DNA of 64,000 nucleotides from Lepidodermella squamata (Eukaryota > Animalia > Gastrotricha). Shown here in pieces: positions 1 to 14,304 of the stretch. The notes under the pieces are model-generated. The model did no database searches. It had not been told where the DNA came from and worked only from the letters and a program-made list of their open reading frames with translations. The position numbers and the translations under genes were made by a program. The stretch is taken from contig JBLDXI010000045.1 of NCBI GenBank assembly GCA_047495785.1, forward strand, positions 806,001 through 870,000, in the 5' to 3' direction. Position 1 is the first letter of the stretch; each line of letters starts with the position of its first letter.

Positions 1-96
1 AAAACACGGTTTCCAATCACATGGAATGCGGTTATTCATGAAGACGAAGTGAAAAATACGTGCATAGTCATTAATTATCGTGCGATTATAAAAATA

Positions 97-3000
97 TCAG
101 CAGCGTAAACCAAAGTCAACAAAATAATTGTCTACCCATATAATTAGGCAGATGACAAAACCACAGCGTCGCAAGTGCGATAAACCTACATTACGCTCGA
201 CAGGAGCACTCGATTGAGGAGCCGTCTCTATTACCGGCTCTTTCACCGAGCCCGAACTGCTGCCGTCGCCGCCAGGTTGTGGCAACGGCTCTTCAGCGTC
301 GGGCTTTTTCTTCATTAAGGAATGGAACGATAGCTATGCGATTGGTAAATATAAATAATCATAATGTATGACTATCTGATCGACTAATACAGGATATAAT
401 AAACACATTTGCATTCTCAATGACGGCGCTCGACGAATAGGAGTGATTTTTAGGGTGTAAATATGTAAATTAGGGTGTCGATATTTGGGAAACATACCTT
501 TACGTTGCCGTAATGAGTTTCGAAGGCTGATCGCAAGCTTGGAGCGAAACGCCATTTAGCGTCTGAAAGCTGCTTCAAAAGCCAGTCAGCTTGACGGTAA
601 GCCAACTGAAGTCGCCATGAAGCGTGGTTCTACAATTAAAATATAAAAATAATTAAACAAGCTAAAATTTCACACCCAAAGAGAAAGATTTGTTCTAGGG
701 CTAATTTTGAAGAGAAAATAAATTCAATTTTCGGGATTTAATGGGGAGTTATTCCGACGTGCAAAAATAAAATGCGATTGTTCTTGAGTTCAAGCGGTTA
801 AAAAATCCTTAACCGAATTTACCTCGACTTATCATGATTATAAAAAGGTGGAATATCCGATTTTCTGAATAAAGACCAATATTTATAACCCCAATATTTT
901 CGCAACTACCAAGGCGGGGATATTTTTTAATTTAATCAGAAATTACCTGGAATTTATCGAAATCGCTATCAGCATAAGGCACCAGTTCTGTGGTGCAGTT
1001 ATCCAAGTCTTGCAAAACGTCCTTCAAAGCCGACAACGCGAATTTAGCCACAACACTCGAATACTCGAGATCAGAGATGCGGCCCATCGCGTTGTCGATG
1101 GTCGCGAGCGACGACGGGCGGGCCTGGCGCGAAGCACCCAGCTCCGGGTCGAACGTTCGTTTAATCTTATCCAGCAAATAATCAATCTCAACCCGCAGAT
1201 TACGCCGAGTTGCCGAGGTCGCCAAACCAAGCGGTCGCAGGTCGAGCGTAGTCGAGCGGATCCGTTCAACGCAGACAAGGCGCTGCGCGAAATTTTCACT
1301 TTCACGCAACTCAGCCGCTCGGCGATTCGCGTCCTGCTTCGCCGTTGAAACGCCGCTGGCGAGGCGAGACGACAACTGCCGGCTGTCGACGACAATCCAG
1401 CCGAAACGAGCGGCTAGAACTTCAGCCTCAACGAACAGCTTATCACGATGCGTTCGGCTGTCGGTCTTGAAGTAATCGCGGCATTGCTGCGACAACAAAT
1501 CAGCGTTTTTCGCGATGTCATTCGCTTCGATTTGCAGCGTTTCAAGCTGTTCGTCCGGCGAAAGAGTTGTCACGGGCGTTGTTGGCGGGGTCGCCATCAC
1601 CCGGTCGACAACTGACCGCAGTTTCCTCAACCGTTCGTTCAACTGCTGCTCAGCGCTGACGAAGTGACTCCACGCGGTGGCGTAGTCATTTCGCCGGTTT
1701 TTCTGCGACTCCAGCGACTTCTGAACATTCGCGATAGCTTGAAGAGCTGAATTCAGCTGATCACGATATTCAGCCCCGGATGGGTCGTTGCCGGAGTTCA
1801 GCTGATAAGCCAGGCTTTTCAGGCCATCGATCGCCTCAGACATCTGCGAGTCGAACTCTTTATCATGCAAGCAGCACTCATCAGATAGACACAAATGAGG
1901 CTTTGAAGCTGAATTCGTGATGTCAAGCAGGCGAACTAAGAAACTGGCGAACGATCGAACCGCCTCGCCGGAAGACTGGACCAAATTGTTCTGCAATTCC
2001 GCCTCTTCCTCGCTCGGAGTTGGCGAATTCGACCGTTGCTGAACCGCCCGGACTAAAACAGTTTCGGAGAATCGTCGCCACATCAAAGTTAGCCGGCGTT
2101 CGACCGCATTTAGCTGGCCGAGAAGGGCGCCGTAGTCGCCAGGGGTTGCCGAGTCAATCGAGTTCGCAATGTCGTACAATCGATTACCAGCGCCCGACAG
2201 CTGGTGGATGATGCTGTTGAACGGCGATGTCTGCTGGTCCTGGCCGGGCTTCAGCCACGAGTTGACAGGCCGAGACTGGAATTCGAGCATGTTCTGCTCA
2301 ACGTCATTCAACTCGTTGTCAATTCCGATCAGCATCGCGCTCCAGCGTTGTTGTTGCTGGTCGTCCTGCGGGACTTTCACGGCAGTTATCGGGTCTTCTT
2401 TCAGAGTCAAACTCTCCAACCGCTCCAGGTCGCCGGTGATCGCAGCGTCGACTACGCTGGCGAGGCGGAAGAACGCGTTGGCGAGGAGTGGCGGCGCCTT
2501 TTCAGAGGCAGACTGCTCCGATCGGATGACCTGGTTCAGCTCCATGCGCAGTTGCTGCAACGCGGCGATGCGCTGCTTTGTCGGCCGGTTGTTGCTCGGT
2601 TCGCTGCTGACGGCGGCCTGGCGACGCAATTCAATGTCACACACCGCCTGCCACGCCTCGACGACGCGTTGCTCGGAGGTTATCCTCGAAGACAGCAGTG
2701 TGCCGAGGCGGCCTCGCAGTTGCGAAATCAAGTTTTCGTTCCTAGGAAAAATGATAATCATGTTAAAAATGCCGAAATGTCAATTCACGAATTAGAAAAC
2801 ATATTATTATTTAAAATTAATGTCAATCTTATCACCCGAAAAAAATTAAAAACCCACTATTTTTCCCGCACATGTCTTTTCTTCTTGCTGAAGAACCGAA
2901 TACTGATCTATTCAAACATTATTGGTATGCAAAGCCAAAGAAGCAATAAGTATGATTCGGAAGGGCAAAAAACCTTATAATCCCGACTGATAATTATCTA

Positions 3001-5035
3001 CATGTTTCTATTCATTATTCCAAAATTTTGGGGGAAAATGGAAAAAATGGTCGCCTATTCAACTAAGTAGACCATATCATTAAATAGCGATAGAAATAAA
3101 TTCAAATCTCTAAGCATGAAGTTTGATCCAAATTTTGCGAGTTAGCTCAAGCGAAAAATGTGCGCATTTCCTGTTTACGAACAGCCGATAGGATAAACGA
3201 TTTTTCAATCAGCAGACATATTTCCCAAAGTTAGTGATTCATGATATATTTCTAATATATTTTTCCTCTAATAAAATTGGTAAAAATGAAGTTAAAACAA
3301 GGCATACCTGGTAATGGAGTCGAAAAGGCGAGCAGTAATATTTTTCACGAGCGATTCGATCGTAGGTGGGACAGGAGCTAGGGGGTTAGACGCCGACTGC
3401 TGAGGAACACTTCGAACCAAAGCCGTAAAATTCGACCTCTCATCGCTGAGTTGTTTACAACGCGTGTAAAACGCGGCGACATCTCGCTCAACAGCAGCGC
3501 GGCCAGACCGATGGCGCATGGCCAGGGTCTGAATCGAATCCAGCAAATACTCGAGCCACTTCGACGCACTGGTCGTATCGCCCATCGACGAACCGCCACG
3601 GTCGAATTCGCGGCATTTCGCCGCTAACACGTCCGTCTGCTCGCTGAGCATTACAACCGCAGTTTTATTGGCGTTGCTCAACTCGCAGGCTTGGGAAGAC
3701 AGTGAACAAGCATCGGCCAACGCGCCGCGGACTCGGTTCAACCGGGCCTCAACAGCCTGAGCGGTTTTCGCCTGTGCTGAGTTCCGGCCGGGTAGCGAAG
3801 CTAGAAACGCGCGTTGCTCCGCGTAAAATTCGCCCTCTTTCGCGTAAACCTGGGCGGTGTCGCGAATTTTCATCAGCGGTGTCAAGTTATACTCGTCAGA
3901 CCCGGTAGGCGCGATCGGGCAGCGAACAAGCCATTGTTCGACCTTATCCAGCCATTGTAAAATTTTGCTCAACAAAAAGTCGGACGGCTCTTCACCAGGC
4001 CGTTGATTGGTCGCAGGCCTAAACGGCTGTTGCTGGTACGGGCTTGGCACGTCAGTACCCTTATCGTCCCATTTCCTTGGCAGCAGATGGGGCTGGTTCG
4101 GGTTTTGAACGACGACTTTCGTGACTGTTGTCGTCGTGCTAGTTGTTTGGCGAGTCGCGGCGGTTCTCGTCGTAGTCGGCTGTGATGGCAGCTGCGGTCT
4201 AACAACTGGCGTGGGGCCGGCTGAACTCGGCCGGGCGAGGTCTTCTCGAGACCCGGACGCAGGTCGTCCGCCCCACGAGTCAATAACTCGGGTCGATCTC
4301 GGGCTCGGCGTTCGAGACCTGGTGTAACGCTCAGGCGACCGGCCAGACCGGTCGCCACTGACCCACATCGAGCTGTACTGCGCAACAATTTGGCGAAGTC
4401 GCTCGCGTTCGCGTTCGAGATCGGCGGATAGATTTTGTAACTGGCGATGGATGACTTGGGGCGCGGCATCGGAGGCGACGCGCGGTGGCGATCGGCCGCG
4501 AGCTGTCGGGTTGACGGACTGGCTGGTCGCCGACACGGTGTTCGCCAGCTGTTGGCTGCGATCGCGCAGGAAACTGACGTGAGACGACAATTGCTCGAGT
4601 AAATCTTCACCGCGTTCCGTGGTTGAGATGACATTTTCGTACTGAAAATTAGCCATTGGCCAAGGAAAAAACATAGCATTATAAATTTATAGAGATCACA
4701 TTGCAACTAAAACAGGTGAGTAAATACGAGCCGAAATTTCTGACACAAAAATAGGGCTAAGGAAAATAATAACAAACCTTGTGCAGTTTTGTTTCCGTCC
4801 GCTGACGCAAATTAGTGAGTTGTTCCTGTAATTGGCGAGTTCGGCTGATGACTTCATTTTGCTCAGCGAGAGCTGCAGAGCGCGAGGCGATGACTGATGA
4901 TGTGCCGCGAGGCGAAGGCGAGCGAACGCGATTCCCTGGCTGTGCGATCGATAGCGCCGACTGTGACGTCGTTCGAGCGCTCTCGCCCATCTCGCCTAGA
5001 ATAGTTGACTGCGTCTCCAGGAGCTGCAGCAATTT
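97..5035 (-). CDS. Large alpha-helical rod protein with spectrin-repeat-like segments (nesprin/dystrophin/plakin-like); shared exons 5035-4778, 4641-3308, 2741-947, 629-498, 333-97
   Basis: Long ORFs join in frame at canonical GT-AG junctions (LHK|YEN, ITR split in phase 2, KFQ|NHA, NVK|LSF). Heptad-rich helices carry spectrin-type Trp motifs (ILQWLDKVEQWL, WSAMLIGIDNELNDVEQ, WSHFVSAEQQLNERL). The first exon lies upstream and the last exon is uncertain. Confidence 0.7.
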
Positions 5036-5134
5036 CTGCAAAAAAAACCGGAAAAATTAGCGCGAATTGCAAACAACCAAAAAATAAGCGAAAATAAACT
5101 AAGCGATAATTATTTTTAAGGAGGAGTTTTCAAC

Positions 5135-5341
5135 CTTGAGGTAGATCTCATGTTTTTTAAGGCGCTCATGGCTATGTCGTCGACGGCACCAAGTTTGATT
5201 TTCTTTAACAGGCGAAGAAGAACGGCCCCGTCGTCGCCGACGGTGGCAACACGACGAAGTATGATGACGGCATTTGCTGCCAGCATTAGCCTCTTTACAA
5301 CCGAGAAGCCCGTGTCTGATTAGCACACAGACGGTAAGCAT
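5135..5341 (-). CDS. Candidate alternative first exon A of the rod-protein gene (Cys/Arg-rich, 69 codons)
   Basis: ATG at 5341, open to AAG|GTTGAA (weak donor); phase 0 matches the phase-0 acceptor at 5035. Confidence 0.4.
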
Positions 5342-6307
5342 GTTTTATCACAGAAATATGGAGTATGGCTAATTGTACACACAAACGGTTACATTACTTC
5401 AACAATTTCGTCATCGCGATATACTCACAGGTATTTATAGCCATAGCGACGCTAAGCAAAGGCACGCTGAAAAAGGCTGAAGTTTTCGCAGCTGGGAATA
5501 GATAAACTATGATAGCAAGTACTTTATGATAGCAAGCGCATAATGCCATTTCCTGGCCTCTAGACATCAAAGGCCGGAAAAGTAACAACTGCATGACATA
5601 TGTGCTGGCTCTAAAAAATGCGGAATAAAGAATGGGCACTTTGGGAGCGGTAATACGCCTCTCGAGTCTTGACGCAAGCAAAAGCGTGTTACTCATTTTA
5701 CAGTATATGCCAGAGCATACAACTCCATCATCGCCATCATCTCCATAAATCCTCAACGATATTTCAATGGCGATGCGCATTACATACTCGTATAAAAAAA
5801 ATAGCAAATGAAATTTATTGCATTTTCCGATAAAAACCGCATATGTCGAGAATTAGTATATAAGCTCGAGTGGAATAACTGAATACCTATTAGGTTTTCA
5901 GACGCGGCGGTCATCATCACTTTTGAAGCGGCGTAAAACACAAGTAAAGTGCCTGTTTCGATGATAATTGCGCGAATACCTATAACGCGCGAGTGGGTTT
6001 AATTGCTACCTCAAGAAAGCGACGTGTCAAAAAAGGCGCGTGCTTTGACCGCAATTTTTTTCAACTTTATCGGCGGCAATAAAAATTCTGCCAACAAAAA
6101 AAGCAACGCATCACGGCATCGCGCGCTCTCGGTACAAAGATAGGCAATAATATTTGGCAGGAAAAATAGTGGGTTTTTTTTCTACTGCCTTTGTTGAGGT
6201 CGAATCAATGTCGCGCAGATCAATAACACTCGCGCGATTAAAAATGATAAATTTGTTTCTAGGGTGAATAGGAGACGGATGTTTTCTGCACATTGAATGT
6301 CACTTAC

Positions 6308-6496
6308 CCGTGAACTACGGCGGCCAAGTCCGCCACCGCAACAACTAGAACACGAACAGCAAGCACAGCCTGGTGGACAGCCGTCATCATCTCTGTAATT
6401 ATTACTGCGTTTAGAAGGCGGAGACGAGCGGTGACGCCTATTGTCATTTTTAGCCGCCGGTGGTGGTCGCTGATATTTCGACGAACTACCACCCAT
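6308..6496 (-). CDS. Candidate alternative first exon B (MGGSSSK myristoylation motif plus Cys cluster, 63 codons)
   Basis: ATG at 6496, strong donor CGG|GTAAGT in phase 0; G2/S6/K7 N-myristoylation consensus and CACCSCSSCC. Confidence 0.65.
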
Positions 6497-7304
6497 GTTT
6501 TTGTATAATTAAGCGCGATTTCAATACGCGACCACGGCGACGTGAAAATATATTTGTAGTGGTATTTAGCTACTCAGAAGCGGCCAACGAGACGCCTTTT
6601 CGGCCAGTTGCGGCTGCTGCATTTTGGCGACCGCGAGACGTTTGTATTAGTTAAAACAATAGCAGTGGTGAAGTTGTCAAGTAAAAATTCGGCTTAAAAT
6701 AACGTCGCGGATGTGTTGGCGGCAAAAATGACCACGACGACGACGAAGACGACACAATATTTAATCAACAATTTTGTTTTAAAATTAAACCGCGAAGATT
6801 GTGCTAGATACATAGGAAAAACATGATAAAAAATTTCACACCAGCTAGAAAGGTGAGATTAATTTTTTCGTCCTACTACTACCGCTAAATCTTAGATGAG
6901 ATAAATCTTAGAGGGAGTGCTTTTTAACGAGTTGTTTTCCGACGCAGTCACTCGAAGTTGAGGTCATTGACATTTTGCTGCTGCTGCTGTTGTTTTATTC
7001 ACGACGAAAACAACGACGTTGGTGCGGGTGCAAACGCGCGAGGAGCGCCGAGTTATAAGGCTACACCGGTAATAAAAAATATCAACGCGAGTCGAGGACA
7101 ACTCGAATGATAATTTGAGCCGAGAGTGCACTCAAACGACACGAGTGAAAAGGTAATCAGGCCGTGTTTTGAAATAGCGGAAATTTCGCGTGGAACTTGT
7201 CAAAACCAGAGTGTTTCTGTTATTCTATTAAGCTGGTCTAATGGCCCTGTGTCGGCCCATATCGCTGCCGGCATCATAGACATGAGAATGATGAATAGGT
7301 TTAC

Positions 7305-7427
7305 CACAATGGTGGTACTATATATGGCCATAAAACAGAAGTCGAATCTGTTAGCGGGTAATAAACGCGGCGCCGACATGCGTTTCGCGACAATTGAACC
7401 GCAGCAGCAGCAGAAACTGCGGCACAT
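7305..7427 (-). CDS. Candidate alternative first exon C (MCRSFCCCCG..., 41 codons)
   Basis: ATG at 7427, donor GTG|GTAAAC in phase 0; N-terminal Cys string followed by basic residues. Confidence 0.35.
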
Positions 7428-10400
7428 ATCCGCAACACTGGTTGTTGCTCTACCTGGTTTCGCTGAACAGCACACACGAGATACGTGCCAAAGCGGCCGC
7501 TTGACACAAGTGACCAAATAAAGAGAATAATTATCTGATGCAATGGAACCGGAAATAGCAAGACGACTATATCATCAATGCACTTGAATGAAGTGTTTAG
7601 GTTATACAGTGTGACGATGGGCGCGTCGCGTGGCTCTGTTGTGAAACGCGCCGATGGGCACGTCGGCCGCTGGCTATCTCTCTCCCACCTTAATTTGGTG
7701 CGAGCAAATTTCTCTGCATGCAAAAAACGTCGACAATTTGCGATTATTTGTGTTACGCACGACAGCTAAAAACACATCATGGTTTGATCGTTTAGTTAGA
7801 TATAGGTGGTATTGTTGTCTTAGAACAACCGAGAAAAAAATGGCAGCAGGGCTTAGCTGAAACTCATTACTAAGATGATTTTCGCAGCACGAACGTACCG
7901 GTGGCCGGCACGCGAGATCTTCAGTGAGATGACGAAATGGCAAGTATATACCAAATCGTAGTAATAAGCCTAATAACGACACTAAGAAAGGCGACGTGGC
8001 CTACGCGAGAAAAGGTGAAACAATTTTTTGGTGGTCAAAAATGTTTCAACCCAACGTTATAGTACAAGTAAATAACAGTGCACGCGCTTTTGTTTATAGG
8101 CGGCGGCTCAAGATTTAGAGAAAACAGTAGCTATTATTTTTTCTAGCCAGAGTAAACATGTAACCACTGACCACTACTAATAATATAGAGAATAAACTCA
8201 GGGGAGTTGGCCGCGGCAAATAATGATGGAAAAATTCATCATCAGAAAATAAGCCGGCAGCGGCCGCGAGTAGGTCATCATCATCAGCGCGGTTAATTAC
8301 CGAGATTTCAGCCTTATTCATACCATCACGCAGAATAAAACAGACGTGTCAAGATGAAAATGTCTCCTTAATAATGATATCTCATCGCATGTTGTATGCA
8401 CCTGACAGTTTTTTGCTATTCGTGTGTGCGAGTGACAGTGTTCCATCGAATTAAACACACTAGATAGGCGAAGTGTGTAAAAAAGAGAGAGGCGTGTAAT
8501 AAAAAAACCGATGGCAAACACTCATGGCTTCAGAACAAACATTCAGGAAAGACTCGGCGGCGAAAGGATGCGTTAAGTCTTTCGTCGTGTCAGAAGAGGT
8601 TTGCACCTCGATATGCGAGAAAAAAACTATGCACATATTTGAAGTATAAATAATCAAAATCATCGCAGGTTAAAAAGCTGCGATTGAATAAACAAAAATC
8701 GCCGGTTACTTGCTACAATAATAATTGCTAACAGCAGTTATTTAATTCATTTCAGAGCCTTATGCAGAAAGAGAGATGCGGTTTTTTATTCTCATAATTG
8801 ATAGATAAATGTTATGGCAGCAAAAAACTCTTTTCGAGTGCCGAAAAAATACAGCTCTTCTGTCTGCGGGTAAAAAAACCGGTCGGCTATTGAAACATGA
8901 CGAGGCAGATTTTTAGTTAAATAATGCAATGAGATAACCGCACTATTTCCGGCTGCTAGGAAAAACTAACCTCATGCTAAATAGCGATGAGTTGGATAGT
9001 TTGGAGAGTTGAGAGAGCAATAAAAAGTGCATTCGCATTATTTATCCTCTACAAAACAGCTTGCGATGGAATAAGCGAATGCAAAAACAATAAAAAACTA
9101 TCTCTTGTGGATTTGGCCCACGCTAACAGCGGGCGGGTAACACTGGCAGTTAGATATAACTTTATTTACCTCCCGAGTGGTCGAAAAATTGCCTCATCTC
9201 CGTCGATGAACCGGCAGACGGTGGAGGTACACATCGAATGTATGAAAAGTGAAATTTGTACCAGGTTGTTTACCAAAGTTTTTTGGCGTTTATTGATGGC
9301 TCTTCGCCGTAGTAGAATAATCGAACGCAAATTCTGTTTACGCGTACGGAATATACAAGTTTTAATAGTAATGCCGTCAAAGATATTGCATTATCAATGC
9401 AGCAGAATTTCTAATCAAATAATTCATCAGCGCGGTGAAAGATGGGCCAGAAGAAGAGACGAAGTAATGATAGGCCTTGAGCGTGCCGGCAGAAAAAAAA
9501 TGGCTATACATCAGCACTCCTGGCCAGCGGCTATCGATATAATAAATAGGTTTGATTTGCTGTGAATGGGAGCGGGGCAGAAGTGAAAAAACATGCTAGT
9601 ACTATGTATTCAGTCAGTACATCACAGAGCGACGACTGACCGCTGAATTTTGTACGCATTAAGTTTAGTAGTAATTTTTTCGCTCACAATTACTACGCAC
9701 GAGAAAAAAAGCTGCTTGCAATATACATGTATGTGTATGTGCGAGGCGCCCTCTAAATTTTGTACAGCTAAGCCCTTAGCTAATCGATTTTTAGGAGGCC
9801 TTGAGCTGGAATATACACAATACGTCTAATGCGAAAGAGCATGTGCCTCTGTTCATTGCCCAGTAGGCGCCATAAAATAATGAAAAAGGCCTGGGTTGGT
9901 GGTGATGACGATGATGATTAGGATGATAAGGCGATTATAGGCGGGGGTGTAATAAAAAACCGCTGCCGCTGACCGATTTCGGCGGCACGGGTCAAGCAAT
10001 ATGGAGTGGACACTGCGCGTCATCAACTTCGGCCTGCCAAAAACTAATCCCTTGATAAATGGGATTACATAAATACGCCGAAATCAAATTCAATTCGGGA
10101 CATTCTTATTATAGGGATTAATGCATTTTTTCGCCGGAACGATTTCGTCGGCGGTGGAAAGTAATAAAAAGTAATAAATTAAAGATTAAGCTGGAAAACG
10201 AACCGGCAATGTTGATGATAAATGGCAGCAAGCTCTGTTGCCCATAAACGATGCATTTTTGTGATTTATTATTTATTCACAGCGAAAAATATAAGAGGAA
10301 AATTGCGCACAAAACTAAAACAGAGAAGAGGAAAAAATGACCGCGCGGCGTCTAATATGGATGCTAAGAGCGTGACATGAGAGAGGAAAATCGACCGTCG

Positions 10401-13400
10401 AGAGGCCACACTTGAAAAATATGAGCCGATTGATACCCAATATTTATGACAGAGCAAGCGTTGCGCCCCTCAAGAATAATAGAGGACGAAATATATTATT
10501 TCAGCCAAAAAATTCTCAGACATAATCACGTCTGCCTTATTTATAGTCGTAAATCTTGGCTATGCAAATCAGCAGTTCAATTCGGCAAAAAGTAATTAGA
10601 ATGGAAAATGATCGTGTTGGGTATGTTATCTTACAGCAATTTCACGCGTTAGGCGCGCAATGTAGCGAAAACACAAGACCGTGTAATAATGAATTTTCCA
10701 AGAGGCGATAATTGCTCTCGGGCATAAACGTGTTGAAATTGTAATAGCTTGTCGTTGATCGCATTATATTAATTCGCAACAAAGGAAACGTCCACGTGTG
10801 GATTGATAAGAAGAAACACGACCGATTGTGTTTTCTTAGCAGTGATAACAGCCTCGAGGGCGTTAAACTGCTGTAATTACCTCAGGGCGTGTGACGAAAA
10901 GAGCGGGTAATATTATTATTTTTCAAGATGATCAGATACTTTTTGTAGCGACACTTGTTTACGCGCAATTTTTTTGACAACATATGTTTTCTTCAGCCAA
11001 CCGACAGCGCAAAACAGCTGATGGCGATGTCAGCCATGCGGCTTTGATTTAAATCGACCGGCAATAATGAATTATTTTGCGCGGAAAATGGTGCGCGCCT
11101 TACCTGCTGCTGCTGTTTCTTTATCTATCCGCGCGGTGACGTGTTTGCTGCATCTTCTTCTTGGCATCAAGCACAAGGTAAATACCCTCGGCGTTTTATC
11201 AATAAGATTATAAATAATATTATAATTATTTTCGGCTGCCTATGTCAAAAGCGGTCGTCTTTTCTGTATATTAGGTAGAGAGATAAGAGATAGATTAATA
11301 TTTTGATTACCTAAGGAATTAATCCCAGTAGACAACAAAACGGCTAAATAAACATGTGGCCCTACTCACGATGGTAGCTTCCTCAGTTCAAGAGCCGATA
11401 ATCGGCCGGGGCGTATTCATATAGCCAGTGAATTAAGGAGACAGCAAGCAGCTTGTCTTCATCTTGAAGCGTCGATCGACTGCTATGGGGCAAAAACTCG
11501 CGGGGTTAATAGCAGTTAATAACACTGCGGTACGCGGGCGTGTGCAAGCATCAACGGGCTTGTTATAGCAGACCATATTATCGAGTCAGTATCATATACT
11601 ACTGCATATATTGATGTTTAAACAAATAGTAATATATCACTTGCTCACTCTCGCGCTCCCCGTCCCAACCCGCGTATTCGCATCAACTTCCGCGTCGCCA
11701 TTTACACGACTGCATTCTTCCGCGAACGCACATGGCACGCTATTAAGGAGGATTTATGGCCTGGGCTGGTTCTATATGGGCCAGATACAGGTATGAATGA
11801 AGCTGAGATATCGGAAATAACGAGAAAGTCACACTCGTGTGTCTTCTTGTCGGTCGTGTCTGGCCGCTCTATTAACAAGGTCAACGATCACACCCCAGGT
11901 GACCAATTTCACGCATTCACACTGATACTTCTGCGAGCAAGACTACTTCTTTTTCGACTAATTTCCGATATAGGTATAGCTATAGCAAAATACTGATTAA
12001 AAGGGCAAACCTGTAATGCAACTGCATATGTGGGTTTGGGTGCGGCGATAGCATCTGGAAAATTGACGAAAAGTTGATATTCCGACTTGAAATTCGTAGG
12101 CGCTATAGCATAAGCAAAAGCATTAAAAGCAATATTAATTTTCAGCAAGGAATTTATACATATAGCTGCGATAATAAAAGCAAATGCTTTTTTATGGAAT
12201 TTCTATTGCTCACCTTTTTGAATTTCTAGCTTGGAACGCTTGGCCGAAAATCGATAGTTTTCTTCATTGCCAACTTTTTCACCGGTAACAAGCGTCGGCT
12301 AAAATAAAATAAAAAATACATTAAATTTGGACTTCAAATATAAAGGATCCTGTAAATTTTCTCTACCCCGATGATCGGATCTAAAATTCATCAGGTTCAA
12401 AGAGCGCCATGCATTATATGGGAATATCAGTTAAAGCCGAGTTTTGGAGAGTGAGACATGAAAGCTGTTCCCACTATTATTTGTTCGCTAATTTCTTCAA
12501 ATAAAAAAACGGCAATAAATGTGAAATTAACCGCGAGAACGAATGGCCAAGCTGTAAACCGGGGTTGTTCCGAGCGATATATTGCTGTGCAAAAGCGATC
12601 GATTTTGCGGAAATTTTGAACGGAGAGATTAGTTTTTTTAGCCGTGTAATGCTTATTTACCGAGGTTGACTATTATATTATTATTTCCCAGCGGTACGCA
12701 ATTATATTAAAATTTAACTTGAACATTTATCAGTAGGTATAATTATAGGGACTGGAATGATTACCAAAAAAATTCAAAGATAATTGTGGACTAAGTCAGC
12801 CTATTGCTCGCTTCAAAAAAGCTGTTTGCCCCATTTCTTGACTGATTTTTTACATGATTTTTTTATTGAGGTTTTTCATTATCAAGAAACGTGAAGCGTT
12901 AAATATCTACAAAACAATCGAAACGATAACAATAGAATCATGAGAATGCGGACAAAAGCCTATTAGTAACAATATATTAATTGTTTCACAAAAAATCCAT
13001 CTCTCATTTTTTTAGATTAAATACTCTGATACCTTTTTCGTTCCTTGAGTCCATGAATTTGAGGTAAACAATTTTCTGAAAATATAATTCCTAGATCGGG
13101 CAAGTGCTATATAGCTTTCATTCAAAAAATACTGCTTAGCAATCATGAATCTAAAACGTGGTGTAATAAAATCTACAAATTCTCACCAGCTTGAATAATG
13201 ATGAGCCTATGCGAGATGGAAATATATAAGTGTTAAGGAGGCTAGTCATATAGCAAAATAAAATGTTTTTCACTGCTGTTGTGTTGCCTCTATTACTGAT
13301 CATATGAATGAAATACAATATTTACGCTATCGGGGATGAGGATTGTATGTATTGGAAGGCTAGGGGAAAGAATATACAAAATAATAGCATCGGACACGCC

Positions 13401-13983
13401 ATAAAAAAACATGGCTGTAATCAGCAGCCCAGTTTTGCGGTGAAGATGCGGTAAAATGTGTGGTTAAGGCTCGCAGCATTTTACATGATTTATGGACTAC
13501 GCGGCTAGTTATCGCAGCACGAGCTGGAGTACTAGCGTCACATTTCAATAATCGTACACTCTAGAGTATGGTGAAGGAAAGCAAGGTGGGGCGCGAGAGA
13601 GTTGTGGATACTTTCGCGTGTTTGTGGAGCATCATTACCTATTCGCCGCCCAGCAGCAAAATGAGCAGACTTTCGCGTGTAAAATATTAATAATGCAAAA
13701 GAGACGTAGCTCAGAGGACAAGACGATGCAGAGGTATATTTGTGCGACGGGTGCCTAAATATATATCTGCGCTTTATTTCTTTAGTCTCCGAGCGCGAAT
13801 ACACGCGTGCGGCATTTATTAAGGCAGTTTCTTACACTCTGCGCAGGTATTGAGGCCGTCTACTACAATTAAGAACAACAAACAAAAATATAAACGCGCG
13901 CGACTTGCCTGGTTATTCACGTTGACGCAAACAGTTGATACGAAGTTCTCAGTTGACGATGTTGACCGCTTGACGCTAACTAC

Positions 13984-14304
13984 CTGGTCAAACGGGAAGC
14001 GAGTAGTCATCACCTGCTGCTCTTGCCTGTAGCTCGAGTTCGACGATGATTTTGACGATGAGGTACTTTGTTTTATACCCCGAAGCATCATCTGAACCTG
14101 CAACTCGCCGGCCATTAACAACGCCCGGTCGACTATCATGTCCACCTCTGAAAAGGCGATAGTCGCGGATGCCTGGGCGACAGGTGATAGAGGGGGATGA
14201 GCGTCCATGGTGTCGAAAACCAGATCCTCTTCCTCGGTGAGCATGATTGACGCTGAGGCAGACATGGTTGCCATATTTTCGCTGCTCCCGAAAAACGCAG
14301 CCAT
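13984..14304 (-). CDS. Candidate distal alternative first exon D (107 codons, acidic/Ser-rich)
   Basis: GC-rich, coding-like ORF in AT-rich surroundings; ATG at 14304, donor CAG|GTAGTT in phase 0. Confidence 0.5.

Noticed and set aside
97-200. Possible KASH domain at the end of the rod protein
   Set aside because: A hydrophobic stretch is present, but there is no luminal PPPx terminus and the gene may splice onward outside the window.
990-4327. Several long plus-strand ORFs (e.g. 2169-2795, 2204-2980)
   Set aside because: Antisense shadows of the GC-rich rod-protein exons; no motifs or splice support.
8987-9565. 192-aa plus-strand ORF
   Set aside because: No recognisable domain and composition like non-coding DNA; probably chance.
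11101-11167. Mini-ORF MPRRRCSK... ending at a strong GTAAGG donor
   Set aside because: Phase 1, so incompatible with the phase-0 acceptor at 5035; no partner exon found.
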